Assembly: GCF_006345805.1 (NCBI RefSeq) | Contig: NC_043000.1 | Coordinates: 91,388,001-91,452,000 of the forward strand | DNA length: 64,000 bases | Reading direction: 5' to 3' | Origin: Octopus sinensis | Taxonomy: Eukaryota | Shown: positions 39,152-53,938 of the stretch, in pieces | Numbering within the stretch: position 1 is the first letter of the stretch | How the letters are laid out: each line of letters opens with the position of its first letter | The notes under the pieces: model-generated | Databases searched by the model: none | What the model saw: only the letters and a program-made list of their open reading frames with translations | Told to the model about the DNA's origin: nothing | Position numbers and translations under genes: made by a program

Positions 39152-39390
39152 CATATGTACAAAAATATATGTATAAAAACAAAAGATATATATATAAATA
39201 TAAATACGCACACACACACATATATATGCATGTATATATGTATGCATCAATGCATGCATGTGTGTATGTATTGATATATATATGTATACATACAAACATG
39301 AATACATGTACACACATATATACACATACATGCATACATACATACATACATACGTACATACATACATACATACATACATACATACATACA

Positions 39391-39421
<31 letters not shown>

Positions 39422-39790
39422 GCTTATATATATGTGTATATAGGTCTTTCTGTATATGCATATCAAGATTATGTGTGTGAGTCTTCAGCAAGTGCAGTAG
39501 ATATTGTGAATGAATGAAACAAGAGAAGTCATTTCAAAATTTAAATAAAATGCTATTATTAATTTATCATGAGGTTACATCTTACTCTGTGATACATCTC
39601 ACCATAAATTATTTAATATATTGAGAGCATAGCTTCATGGTAAGTGATGAATCTATATCATATGGTATTATGTTTAAATGGAGAGGGAGAAGTTTATTAA
39701 TGTAAGGTGTGTGATATATGAAAATATTGAATTATACTTTTTCTTCAATTCTATGTAACACACAAACACGCATGAATACATGAGTGGGAT

Positions 39791-39826
<36 letters not shown>

Positions 39827-39874
39827 TACATACACATGCATGTATATATATATGAGTGTATATCTATCTGACTA

Positions 39875-39906
<32 letters not shown>

Positions 39907-42062
39907 ATATATATATATTATACACAGACACACACATATATATAAATATATATATATATATATTAAAAAATCTGCTAGTAAAACTATCTACAAACACACA
40001 CACACACATATATACATAAATATCTGTAGCTATGAATATATATATGTATATATATAAATACAAGCATAGCTAAATACACATATATACATATACATAAACA
40101 TCAATTTAAATATACATGTAAAATAAGTATGACTATATGTGAATATATATGCATATACTTATATGCCTGCATATATATATTATATGTGTGTATGCATGTG
40201 TCTGTGTGTATTTATGTATGTAATAAATTCTCTTATTCATAAATGGACATATTTATTTATATTTAGAAAAATACATGTACATCAGTATTTCTCTTCAAAA
40301 TGAAGGAAAGTAGATAACAAGTTCAGGACATAATAAATGATTTCTTCCAAATCTCATATTGTCATCATGTCATGGAAATTCGTCCTTTGGCATGAAGATA
40401 ATCATAGCATTTCTTCTCTTCTCCAACACCATCTCTTTCATATAGAAATTCCCATATCCATAATTTTAGTTACATGAACACACATTGAAGCACTCTGTCT
40501 CTTTTCATGTCTGTGTACCTCTTTGCCCTCCTATACCCTGACTCAGTCTGCTTGTCTGTCTCTTTCTTTCTCTAACTCTCCCTTCACCTTTTCTAACATG
40601 CTTCTGGTAATCCTATTTGTTAGCATCTGTCACAATTCTTTTAAGTGATGTCTTCACTTTCTCAAGAAAGTTTCCCACTTCTCTGTAATCGTGCATATTT
40701 GAGCACACATTTTTAACTTGGGGAAAATATAATGAAATCAAACAAACATATGTTAGTATTAATGAAAGGTGAAAGTATAAAAAGAACAAAATTGAAATAT
40801 ATTTTAAAATTCAATATTCGGAGGCAAAAATTAAAAGCACTTCTACACACAGATAGTTATATCCTCATCCACTCATACACATCTACATATAAATATATAC
40901 ACTTGATATACACACAAACACACACATATATATATATATGTATAAGTACACACACACACACACATACACACACACACATGTATATGTATATATATCTTGA
41001 AATGCTTTAACTGAGGAAAGTTTACGTAATAGATGCATTTCCTATTATGTATTATGGAAACCTGAAATGTACATATTAAATGATTTCAAAATATCACTAC
41101 TTTGTTTTACTTCATTATTACATTTCATATATACATATATATATATAGATATATATATAATATATATATTACATACATACAAGAGTGATGACCACTAAAT
41201 GGTCATCCCACTTATATGTATGTAATATAATTTTTTCTGAATCTTCAGATTTCTCTTTATGCTAGACCACTGGTTTTAAATTGATATCAATCAAATTAAT
41301 ATTCAATTTTCCCCCCCTTATTATTTTAAATTTATATATATATAACCAAATTTAAGGAATGGAGTAGGTAAAGAAACAAACTTCCTATACCTAGATTTTT
41401 GAATGTTAGAATTACATAATATATATGTATATGTGTATGTGTGTATATATATATATGTATTTGTATACATATAAATACACTCACACACACACATAAACAT
41501 GCATAAATATACAAATATATATGTATATTAAATAACTAATTTACTCTCAGTGATGATTGCAATAATTCAACTGTGGCCTTCCTGGGATATGACTGAACTG
41601 AATTAATTCAGTGAACTGAATTAGCATCAGGACTAATTTTAAAGCCTACTATTCCGTTTTGAAAGACTCCTATTTTATGGAGACATATGCAAACCAGCAT
41701 GAGCTGCAAGGCTGTGAGATAAAGACACAAAGACATGCCCAATAATGTACACATACATGTATGTGTGCAAGAATATATGCATACATACATACATACATAC
41801 ATACATACATACATACATACATAAATACACACACACATATATATAATATATATATATATAACTCTCTCTTTCTGTCTCTGTCTGTCTCTCATTCTCTCTC
41901 TCTCTATATATATATGTATGTATATATATGTATCAGTTTCAGAAATTAAACAAGCTTGATAAAAGAGCAGATGGAAATTCACACACTCACTGATACACAC
42001 ACAACACACACACACACACACACACATGTCCACACACACATGTCCACACACACATACACACA

Positions 42063-42625
42063 TACAGGGTGCAGTGAATAAACTGTCGTCTAAATTATGC
42101 AAAAATTAGAATAACACTTACATCTCATTTTAACATATATATTTATTAAAATTAGATGAAAACACCTTGAAATGCTAAAGAGTAAATTTATTCAATAAAA
42201 TTGCCATTGGCTACAACCATGGCCTCCAGACGACCTCACAATCTCCTGCAATTCTTCTGGCCAGCCTCCTTGTTTATGCTGGTGAATGCTGCCATAATCC
42301 TTGCCTTCAGTTTATCTTTGGAGTTACAAGAAGTTTTGTTGGTCTCCCACTCAACTATGCCCCACACATAATAATCAAGGGGGTTACAGTCTGGGAAAAT
42401 AGGTGGCCAAAAATTGTTTGACAGCCATGACTGGGTTCTCTTGCTTGTGTGACATGGTGCGGAGTCCTGCTGCCAGACATAGGGTCTTCCAGCAGCCACC
42501 CTCTTGACCAAGGGCAGCACTACCTCCTTCAGGCATTTGATGTAGCCCTCCGCATTGAGTTGAAGGGTGTGTGGAAAGCTGAATGGAGGCATAACGTTGC
42601 CATTACTAGTGATCACACCAAACAC
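42063..42625 (-). mobile_element. Tc1/mariner maT (DD37D-like) transposon, 3' half with TIR
   Basis: VWQQDSAPCHTS...WPPIFPDCNPLDYYVWG; only 29 residues between the last two Asp, consistent with an in-frame deletion; terminus TA-CAGGGTG. Confidence 0.85.
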
Positions 42626-42672
42626 TATATATATATGTGTATATATATATATGTAGTGATCACTCTAAACAC

Positions 42673-42703
<31 letters not shown>

Positions 42704-42735
42704 GCATATATAACACTAACACTATATATATATAT

Positions 42736-42776
<41 letters not shown>

Positions 42777-43424
42777 GAATGGCTTTAAATACAAGCATAC
42801 ATACATATCGCCTTCTTATTCGAAGGAAGAATTTAAAAATTAAACACCGAAAAAAACATACACATACACACACACATACATACACACACACACAACATAC
42901 ACTCACAACTATTTAAACAAACATATATATTTATATATACATACATAGGTACGTATATGTTACATATTGTTTTATATATATATATATGTGTTTGAGTGTA
43001 TATGTCTTTGTGTATATATGTTTGGGTATATGCATACATGTAAATGCTTAAAAGCTTTTAGGCGATTGTGAATGGGAACATGTGTAAATGTGTGTTTGTG
43101 TGACACTATACCTGTTCTCTATCAAAAAAAGTATTTTATTACGGTTGAAATAACAATGATGTCATATGCCAATTTTAATCTTGCTTATTATTAAATTCAA
43201 TATGCATTTATGTTGAAATATACACACTCATATAAAGTACTTTCATCTATATGTATATAGAATTATATATATATTAATATATATATATATATATATATAC
43301 ATACATACATATACACATACATATGCACACATATGTATGTATATATATATATGTATATACATATACACACATATATATGAATGTATATATACATTCATAC
43401 ATATATATATATATATATACACAC

Positions 43425-43610
43425 ACATAGATCGCTAGCCACTAAACCTTTTTCAATCTTCTCTACCTGCTTATTTCTGTGTTCCTTTCTGTCAAAGAGC
43501 ATAGGCTTGAAATGTAAAAGACTTTCTCACTTCCTGAACATTAGACTAATATATCTGTTTGTTGTTTACACCCCCGTCTTTGTCTTTTGTTTTGTTTGTA
43601 AATTCTCACT
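43425..43610 (+). mobile_element. PLE-like terminal-repeat remnant, decayed HHR
   Basis: CTGTCAA-A-GAGC-ATAG-GCTT-GAAAT-GTA; homologous to 59215-59410. Confidence 0.55.
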
Positions 43611-44074
43611 ATATATATATATATATATATATTCATATGTATATAAAATATATGTATATATATATTTGTCAATATATGTGCTATATATAAGTCAGACCAG
43701 ACTTATAAACATACACACAAATTCACATACTCACACACTCATATATTATATATACATGTATATTCTATACCACATAAACAAATGTTATTTTTTCCTGTCA
43801 TGTATATATGTATGTGTATATGTAATGTACTATTCTGTGAGGGTAATATATGCATATATATATATGCATTCGTCTTCTTCACATATTGTAATGACATTAT
43901 TAGTATACCTCTCAGCGTCAATAATACCTGTACATTGTTATTGTAGCTGAACCTCATATTTTACACCTTGCTCTAATGTAGATCACAAATTCTACTCTCT
44001 ATTTATTACAGTTTTATTATTCAGTACAAAAACAACAACAAAAAGCACCACAAAAAACAAAAACAAAAAAATAG

Positions 44075-44340
44075 GCCTCTGAGTAGGTATTGCCAAGCTT
44101 TTAGCAAAATTTGATGCCGATTCTCTGCTCAACTTTCTCTGTCATGAACAATGTGACGATTGCACACTACATACATTCCTTCCAAGCACTGCTGTAAACA
44201 GCAGAAATGAGCTAGAATGTTAAAACTTAGTGCGCATGCACAGCAGAAGTCAAGATCAAAGTGTGCAAGTGACTTTACTCTGCATGCTTTAGCTTCATTA
44301 CTACAGCATCAGTCTAGATATTAAAGTGATCAGACCACAT
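44075..44340 (-). mobile_element. mariner 5' fragment, same family as 25905-26617
   Basis: MTEKVEQRIGIK and TIR-like GGTCTGATC end. Confidence 0.75.
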
Positions 44341-44699
44341 ATATATGTATATTCAGCTATATTATATATATATATATATATGTATGTAAACACATGTGTT
44401 AGTGTCTATGGGTTTGTAAATAGAAATGTACATATATGTGTGTATGTGTGCGCGCGTGTTTGCATATGTATTTGCTGCTTGTGAGAATGATGACAGACTC
44501 TGAAAGAAACCTTTTTTAAGTATACTAACAATGAAAAAAGGTAAATAAGCATGAAGAAATCCCTCAAAAGACCCCTTAATATAATTTCATTCACACTCCA
44601 AATTCATGCTTAATATCCAAGTAATGCTTAATATTTAAAAATAATATCGGTATATATATATATATATATGTAAATAGTTAATCCAAACAAGAAAGCATA

Positions 44700-44885
44700 A
44701 AAATACACACAACAACGCGAGGACGTGGAACAAATATAGTATTATTGGACGCTCAGGAAAGAAGGAAAGAAGGAGGGCTTAACGTTTCGAGCGGAGCTCT
44801 TCGTCGGAAACATAGGAGAATGAAAGATCCAGAGAAGGGAAGACAGAGGGAAAAAAATCGCCAACGGTACACACGCAGTCACATT
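44700..44885 (-). mobile_element. PLE-like terminal-repeat remnant with U4C HHR variant
   Basis: GUUU-CCGACGA-A-GAGC-UCC-GCUC-GAAAC-GUU-AAGC at 44777-44811. Confidence 0.6.
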
Positions 44886-45559
44886 TATATGTATATTCCT
44901 CTGTGAATTTACTAGGGATTTAAATTGCATTTTAGTTTTAATTTCAGGATCTCCTTCACTTCTGAAAATCGGATTGGGGCCAAGATGAATGGTCATGGTG
45001 AAGAAAAGAGATAACATTTCATTCTATAACATTTTGTAAATATTTTTATTACATTTCTTGTTAAATGTAATTTAATATTTTTTCTCTCTTCATCTCTTTC
45101 TTAGTTCATATATACATATGCACACACACACACTTTTCATCATACCTAGCAAAACAGGCCTTGTTCTTAAGCTGCGCATATGAGTGCTTTTGTCTCTCTC
45201 TTCAGGTCATTCCTCCTCATTCATAGCCACCGGTCCTCTGTATCTGTCTTGGTAGTAAAATCTTTTGTAAACTGACTACATTTTCTTTTCTTTCCATGTG
45301 TTTTTATTTTTTTTTGTTTGTTTCTTGTTTAAATTTTTCTTTAGTTACACAATTTTCGGTGTGGATGATGCCAGCCTTCTTTGTATGTTTCAACATGGGC
45401 TTCAAGACCTTTTTTTATATATCACCCTAGGCTGTTTTCCTCCACTTCAATACAGTCCTGGCAACTGATTAAATCTCTTCCACCCTTTCTTTAGATTATT
45501 ATTATTTGTATCATCATCATCATGGTCATTCTTCTTCTTCTTCTTCTTCTTCTTCTTCT

Positions 45560-45702
45560 ATAAGATGTCGCACACTATCCAATATCATGATGTTGTTGAA
45601 TGAAGATGTTGTGTCTACCTGGGATTTATACTGTCTTTCAAGTCTCAACAAGGACCTCTCACAGTATTTTACGCAATATGCATACAGTTCAAAGTAATGC
45701 CG

Positions 45703-45705
<3 letters not shown>
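45560..45705 (-). mobile_element. R4/Dong-like LINE 3' stub
   Basis: KSALL*TVCILRKIL* ORF end plus 3' UTR, (GAA)n tail. Confidence 0.6.
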
Positions 45706-45748
<43 letters not shown>

Positions 45749-45749
<1 letters not shown>

Positions 45750-46405
45750 TGAAAGACTCCTCTTTAGTTCCTGATTTCTGTTTGTTTTTTTACTTGAAAG
45801 TAGGCAATAACAAATCATCAAAGGCTTCAATAAGTACCTTCTCCTGTGACTCAAAGAGACATTGCTCTCCTTAGAATGCGAACTGCACCCAACAATGCTG
45901 TCTTCTGGATCACTGCAAGCCTGTCAGCAGCTCCAATATTCTTAATATGTTTTTCAAAACTCTTGGAAACTGCTCCTAATGGTCCAGTTACCTCTGGTAT
46001 CATTATTACTTTCCTCATGCTCCATAACTTACCTATCTTGTCCTGCAGTGGCTGGTATTTCTAACTCTTTTCTGTTTTGTTACATTTCACCCTCAAATCG
46101 CCTGGTAATGCAACATCTATTATCTTTGCAATATCTGTTATCTTTGTTTCTTTTTCATTTTCATGGATGATCCAATATCTGGCCATCTTGCCTCTGTAAC
46201 TTGGTTGCACTGTATATTAAAATCCCAGAGTATTTTGTAATGTTCGTTTTCCATTACTCCCTCTGGCTTGTGTTCATACTATTGTTTAGCTCTCTTGAGG
46301 TTTGCTTTACTGCACAACAGCCAGTGGATATATCTGGCCACATTGTCAGGTCTCCTTTTGTATTGGCGTTGTGTGAGCTTACAACACCCACTAACAATTT
46401 GGTTT
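45749..46405 (-). mobile_element. R4/Dong-like LINE, 5'-truncated, embedded in (TAA)n
   Basis: IVSGCCKLTQRQYKRRPDNVARYIHW...KILWDFNIQ...WPDI...IIDVALPGD...KYQPL...GPLGAV...IQKTALLGAVRILRR: zinc-knuckle remnant plus RLE; TAA arrays on both sides. Confidence 0.88.
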
Positions 46406-46448
46406 ATCATCATCATCATCATCATCATCATCATTATTATTATTATTA

Positions 46449-46492
<44 letters not shown>

Positions 46493-46495
<3 letters not shown>

Positions 46496-46563
46496 TAGTT
46501 TTATTTTTATAGTGTGCTTTCACTTCATTACAGAACACAGCTCTGTGTGCCTTGGGTCTGTGC

Positions 46564-46566
<3 letters not shown>
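46493..46566 (-). mobile_element. Possible very short LINE 3' stub between TAA arrays
   Basis: Unique about 70-bp island flanked by (TAA)n; family assignment from recall only. Confidence 0.35.
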
Positions 46567-46609
<43 letters not shown>

Positions 46610-46842
46610 GTTATTATTATAAAAACAAATAAATAGAGCTTTTTTTAATATTGTGCTTGCAAAGTCGACAGAGCCTCGACAAAATGGTGTCTGAGACATG
46701 TTTTAGTCCTTAATTTGCTGAGTACAAATAACTCTAAGACGAACTTTGCTTTTCATTCATCTATAGTCAATAATATGAGGTACCAATCAAATACTAGGGT
46801 CAACATAATCAACTAGTTCTCACCCTTTCCTCAAAAATGTTG

Positions 46843-46877
<35 letters not shown>

Positions 46878-48171
46878 GACATGCTCTTTTCATATGTTAC
46901 CAAAAATGTTATTGTCTCCAGGTTTATTCCCCATGCATAACTTATCAAGTTCCTGCTTCACATATTTCCATAAATTCATTTTCCACTCATTGTCTTTGAT
47001 TCTCTTTCTCTCTCTCTCTTGCTTTCTATCACTCTTTCTCTTCTTTTCTCTTTCTATGTCTTCCTCTTTCTCAGTCTTTGTCTGTCTGAAGTCTGTTGTC
47101 CTCTTTATTTTCTATTTTCCATTTTCTCACTCTCTCTCTTTCTCTCTCTCTCTCTATATATATATACACATACACATACATGCACACACACATATACATA
47201 CATATATATATATATATACTACACAATTAGAAATACATACATACTCAGGTAACACTCCCATATAAATGAGTGTATACACAAATGTTTGTAAGTGTGTGTA
47301 TGTATGTGTGTGTGGATATGTGTGTGCATGAGTGTGTTTGTGGATATGTGTCTGCATGTGTGTGTGTGTGTATATATATACATACACACATATGCACACA
47401 CATATATTCATACATTTATACATGTACATCTATGATGATATCAAATATGTATGTATGCTTGGATATATGTACATATGAAATATATATATACGTATATATA
47501 AATATACATATGGCTACATGTAACTGTATGGGTGTGAATGCATATATGTAGATTATACATCATCATGCATATATATATCTATATATATATATTTATATAC
47601 TATATATATATATATATATAGATATAGATATATATATGTATGTATCTGCATATATATATATACTATATATATATGGATTTAAATATGTTTTAAATAATGC
47701 ACAAGGTGTCCCATTGCGGTTAGTGAATACTGATTCCATCAAAGAACTACATTTGTGTTTTAAAATCTTTACTGTTACACAGCTTCATGTCTCTTCTCTC
47801 AAAATTATATGGTATTATATATAATGTTAGATAGAAATAAAATGAATCTAATGTATGAAATAGAAAAATTACATTAAATATCTTAGACATGTTACGTATG
47901 TCAATGAGCATTAGAACTATTTTTGTTTTCAGTTTTCAGCTATGGCTTTCTGACTATTTCAGAGAAATTAATTTATGTTAAAAGCTTGTTTGAATGTCCT
48001 GTGTAATTTTTGTGTTTTGCTATATGTGTATTTAATGTGTGTCTGTTTGTGCATATAGGTTCATACATGCATTCATGCATACATATACTGGTATTATATA
48101 TATATATATTTAAATACATATATGTATATACATGCATATACCATATGTGCATATATATATATATGTATATG

Positions 48172-48246
<75 letters not shown>

Positions 48247-48296
48247 TATATATATATATCCATATTATATATATTATATATATATATATATATATC

Positions 48297-48347
<51 letters not shown>

Positions 48348-48658
48348 CAGAGAGAAGAGAGATACAGACAGACAAACAAAGATATGAATGTGTGAGTGAG
48401 AGCTAGACAAATATATGTTTGTGATATTTTGTCTCACTATCTCTCCCTGAGTACGTTTCAATAAATGTGGCATATATTGTCTAAGACTGTGTGCATATAT
48501 ATACAGACACATACATACATCATATATAAACATGCATAGATCATGCATATACATACATCATATATCTAAATATGTACATATATAATAATATGAGTAAGAG
48601 TAAAGATAATATAAATAACAATAATAATGATGATGATGATGATGATGATAATGATATG

Positions 48659-48689
<31 letters not shown>

Positions 48690-49032
48690 TAATAATAACA
48701 ATAATAATAATAACAATAATAATAATAACAACAATAACAACAACAACAACAACAAGAACACAACAACAACACAACAACAACACAATAATAATAATAATAA
48801 TAATGCGTAACATTAATAATATACATATGCATGCTCATTAATGTTTATATATATCTATATATATTTGAGTATATATAAGTGTCTGTGCATATATGACATA
48901 TGTGTGTGTGTATGCATGTATGTACAAGTTTCTGTGTGTACATATAAGCATACATACCCATGTACATGTAAGTGTATCCTTGTGTATTTGTGTGCATGTA
49001 AATATATAAATGTATGTATGCATATTATATAT

Positions 49033-49132
49033 NNNNNNNNNNNNNNNNNNNNNNNNNNNNNNNNNNNNNNNNNNNNNNNNNNNNNNNNNNNNNNNNNNNN
49101 NNNNNNNNNNNNNNNNNNNNNNNNNNNNNNNN
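49033..49132. other. Assembly gap (100 N)
   Basis: Direct inspection. Confidence 1.
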
Positions 49133-51060
49133 TCAAAACCACCATTCCAGCCACTCACTAACATCAAGTTCCTATGAATGTTTCCATATGTTCCAAGAAA
49201 TGTTGCTTTCCTGTATCTGTCAGGACATACACGGCCAGTAGATAGCATGGACTCTTGTTTTCGAACCATATCTAGGAAGATCTTGTTTACTTCTAAATCT
49301 AGCTTATTCTGAAATACACTGTCATGTTGTCGGGTCCAGAATAACATAAATGGGCATAAAACTAGTAATCGTTCTGGAGGCGGCTTTCGATTTCACCTCA
49401 GAAATTCTGATCCAGTTAAAGACTACTACATTTAGATGTTATGTTTTCGATTCACTGAACAGATTTCTCTTCTTTTACAGTGATACTAAGTCTCAGGTGT
49501 TTGTAAAGCTTTTTTTTATATAGCCATGATATGGAGATGAAAAGTAACTAAAAATGTAAACGAATGCTAGTACTCTGATCTAAAGGAAATCTTTCTTCCT
49601 GATCTTTGACCGGGCTCTCCAGTATCTTCTCGTCCATGATAGTTTTACACCTCATAAATCATGCGGAAACAAGTTTTTCATCGATCTACACTTGCTTGAT
49701 GTTCTCACATGAAACGTGTTTTATTTTCATTAAACCCCTTGCTTACTGAAGATTTTGTCCTTAATCTCATTAACTTTTCTGTAACGAGAAGGTTGAAGTT
49801 AAGGACCTGATTTTGGTGTTATTGCTACTGCCAATATATTTCTGCTTCTGTTTTTTCATAATTGCTTTTGTTGTTACCATGTCACTTCCATTTTGTCTAA
49901 CATGTTTTACTATAACTGCCGCTGCTTTTCTGCGGCTGTTGCTATTTTTTGTAGCTACTGTGTTGTGCATTTGTTTCTTATACCTGTTGATAACTTGTAT
50001 GTTTGGCCAGAATATTTTCTTTGTCGTGTCGGTGATAAACCTTTAGATTATGGGTGTGAGTTTTCTGGTTTCCTCAGACCCGCATCTTCCATTTTATCAA
50101 CAATTGTATTCTCTCTTCTTTCCAACTCCTTTTGGTTATCATTCAGTATCTTATTCAAGTGAGCAGACAACGCTGAGTGTATTTCTGTACTTTCAGGCAA
50201 TTCTCTTTGCTTTGGTCTAGTGCTAAGATTTCTCCACAAAGTTTTGTTTGTATGCCTGTAACAGAAGACTGCTTAGATTAAGAGCGTTTTCTCTTTTTTG
50301 ACTGCTGTTATGATTGTAGCATTCAGAATATCCTTAGAAGCATCTTCTCTGGTCGGTAGAAATCTTTTTTTTTCACAAATTTAATATTTGATATTTTTAT
50401 ATTCAATGACCATCTCCGTCTTCTTTGGAACAAAAATAATCATCTGTGCTAAGAAAATCTGGAGTAACCATTTCTACCAACTAGAATTGTAATGACGTTC
50501 CTATCCGATTCTGATGGTAGATAGATATGAATCCAAGTATTTTCTTCACATTTGGCAACCTTCTGGATTGTTATATATTGCCTTTAGTCTTTGGTCACTC
50601 GATGTTTCCTGTATCGTGAGATCAGTACAAACACAGTAATAGATGTGGCTGTTATTTGGGCTTCTATCTTCATTATCTCTTATTTTGGCCAGAGAAATGG
50701 CTTGGTCCCATGACTACCTTGACAGCTCCTTGGACGAAGGTGTGGTGATTTTCTCCCATCTCGTAAAACTGAAGCTTCAGTTGGTGTAGCTGAAATGACA
50801 GCCTCCAGTTCCTGAGGCTTTTGATGCTATTTTTTCTTTAGTCTTTTTAAATTCTCAGAGTTGAAGGAATTCTAGTACATTTCGCTCCTTCAATTTGACA
50901 ACTTTACTTCCTCCCCTGCACTGCCAACCTGATCGAAAGGGGTACAGTTATCGATATGGTTTTGGAGCCATGAAGATTCATCTGGACCCAGAGATCCATG
51001 CAGACCATAGGTGTCTACAAGTTACTGCACGTTGACTCCGCACCTACTATGTGTTTGAAC
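49133..51060 (-). pseudogene. Decayed R4-clade-like LINE, N-terminal ORF region running into the gap
   Basis: Frameshifted SWTRR-LESPVKD (PPWxRRLE-like), FQNK...PD...ATF and SDQRL-like motifs as recalled from R4-type ORFs upstream of the RT. Confidence 0.55.
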
Positions 51061-51666
51061 TCATATCTCAAAATATCAATAAGCCAAGAATGAATATTTT
51101 GGAACATCTTGAGATATAATGTTTATATTCTTGTGATGCATGTACTGTTGCTCAGTATGTAACTTACCAACTCAACATGTTTAAAATTTGAGGGATTTAC
51201 AACGAGGAAAGAGACAGGTTCAACAAAGGATCATCAATGATACAAAATATCTTCAAGTCTTCAGTATGGAAAGCACAACTTTATTGGGTGTTTCGTGACA
51301 TATCCTGAAACACATCAAAGGCATATAGTTTCTTCTAGTTCTTCCTGCCAGCCAACAACCACAGAGTTGACTGTAGGTTCATTCAGTTACACCACTCACA
51401 TTTAGATAGAGTGCTTTCCTCTGTATTATCACAGTTCTCTTTATGAGGGACTCGAATAAAGTGTAATGAGTTTTAAGATGGGCAAAAGGCAAAATACAGT
51501 AATTTGGGGAGAAGGGAACAGAAGATTATATTACTGCTCGTAATATAATGGTACATATTTTTTATTAAGGCCTGAAAAGTTTTCACTTGTAAGATTTGGT
51601 CTCAGAATGTACAGGGATGCAGGGATATTTGCTCACAGCTCTACTGATTCTGCCATATGCGACTAG

Positions 51667-51697
<31 letters not shown>

Positions 51698-52578
51698 GAT
51701 GATGATGATGATGATAATTACGATGAGGATGAACTTGCTGCTGTTGATGATTACAAAATATACTTTTAAAAAACCCTCAGAAAATTATCAAGATAATTAA
51801 CTTGCAAAAATATGGAAAATAAAGCAACTTGAGAAGAAAAAGATATACCACCCCAAAATAGCTAATTAATAAGTGCACGCATATATATGTATATAGTATA
51901 TAATATATATATATATATATTATATATATATATATATTATATATATATGGGCACATACATATATGGGCACATACATGTGTATACACAAAAGGGAGTGAAT
52001 AGAAAGCAAGATACAATACAATTTTAGCAGGGGAACAGAAATAGATTTCTTTCAAAGAATAAGAAAGGAGAAGAATGTGGAGAATGGAGGGCTATATGTA
52101 AAGGTGGATGGTGCATGGCAAAACGATAGATAGACATACAGAGCTGCAGATAAATAGATAAATAGATAGGGCCACTACATAGATACATAGACAGGCAAGA
52201 TAGATAGAAAAACAGAAAATTAGAAATAAGGCTCCTATGTAAAATTACTGTCCCATCAAGTAATTTAGATACATTTGTGCAATGTTATTCTCATTAACAT
52301 TTCCCTTGAGGTAGGTCGAAGAAAGCTTGCAAGGAAAAACCGGTTTAATTAGTAATATATTATATTACTTTTCAACATTAACTCTTGCGCCTATTCTCTC
52401 TTTCTATTTTTTTCCCTGGAAAGAAAAAAAAAATGACACAAATACAAACATCATTTAACATGTATATTTCTGTCTTTTCTTTGTCATGCATCTCATTTTT
52501 TTTTAAAACGTATTACTTTATTTTCGTTTTGTCCGACAATTTCCATGGTTTTTCTTATCGTCGTTGTTGTTGTAGTTG

Positions 52579-52649
<71 letters not shown>

Positions 52650-53369
52650 GCTATTATTATATGTACGTATATATAATTACATATATGAAGCATGAATAGA
52701 TATATTTGTACACATATAAATGTGTGTGCATGTAGATATGTATATATGTATATATACATGTATATCTGTCTATCTATCGATCTATCTATCTATACATACA
52801 TACGTACATGCATACATACATACATACGCATTTATATATTATATACAGATGTAACTATACGCATATATGTGTATGTATGCGTATGTATATATGTATGAAT
52901 GTGTATATAGCTATCTATGAAAATGAAATGAAATAGACTATGAAAGTACAAGCAGACACGAGCAAACACGTAGATTCACGTGCACACACACACACACACA
53001 CACACGCGCGCGCGCGCACGCAAACACTCACAAGTTATATATATATATATTTTTAATTATTTTCCGTAACTCGCTCCTCTTTCACTCTCCCTCTTACTCT
53101 CATTCAGTTTCACTCTCACTGTCACTCGCTCACTTGCACTTCTCACTTTAAAGTTTTCTGTCCTGATCTATGTATATTATTTTTCTGGTAGGATATTTTT
53201 TGTTCTGGTTACCGGCTTTTTTTCCCACTGGCATTCCACTTTTTGTTGGGGGTGAGTTTGAGGGTGTAGGGATTTGTCTGTAGCTTTTAGAGAAGGGACT
53301 GCAGTATTTAGCAGAAGTATTCCATGAATTTTAGCAAGAAAACTATATGCATATATATATATGTATATA

Positions 53370-53419
<50 letters not shown>

Positions 53420-53552
53420 TATGTGTATATATATGCATGTGTATATATATATATTACGTATGTATGTATATAAATACATACATATATATAGGCATATAAA
53501 TATATATACATATATGTTTACATATACATATACATATACATGTATATATGTA

Positions 53553-53595
<43 letters not shown>

Positions 53596-53880
53596 TTAAA
53601 GAAGCTCTTTTTAGTCAATTAACCGATTCATGAATATTTATGTGAGCAAATGCAATGAGAAATTAGTGTACGTGTGCGCATGTCAATATATCGCATGTTA
53701 ATGTCTGTACGAATATATATATATATATATATTTATATGAATATACGTATATATACATAAATATGCACATATTAATATATATATATTGTGTGTGTGTGTG
53801 TATATATAGATATACATACTTGCATGAATGAATATTACATATACACAGATATACATAAAGGTATATATATATATATAACT

Positions 53881-53938
<58 letters not shown>

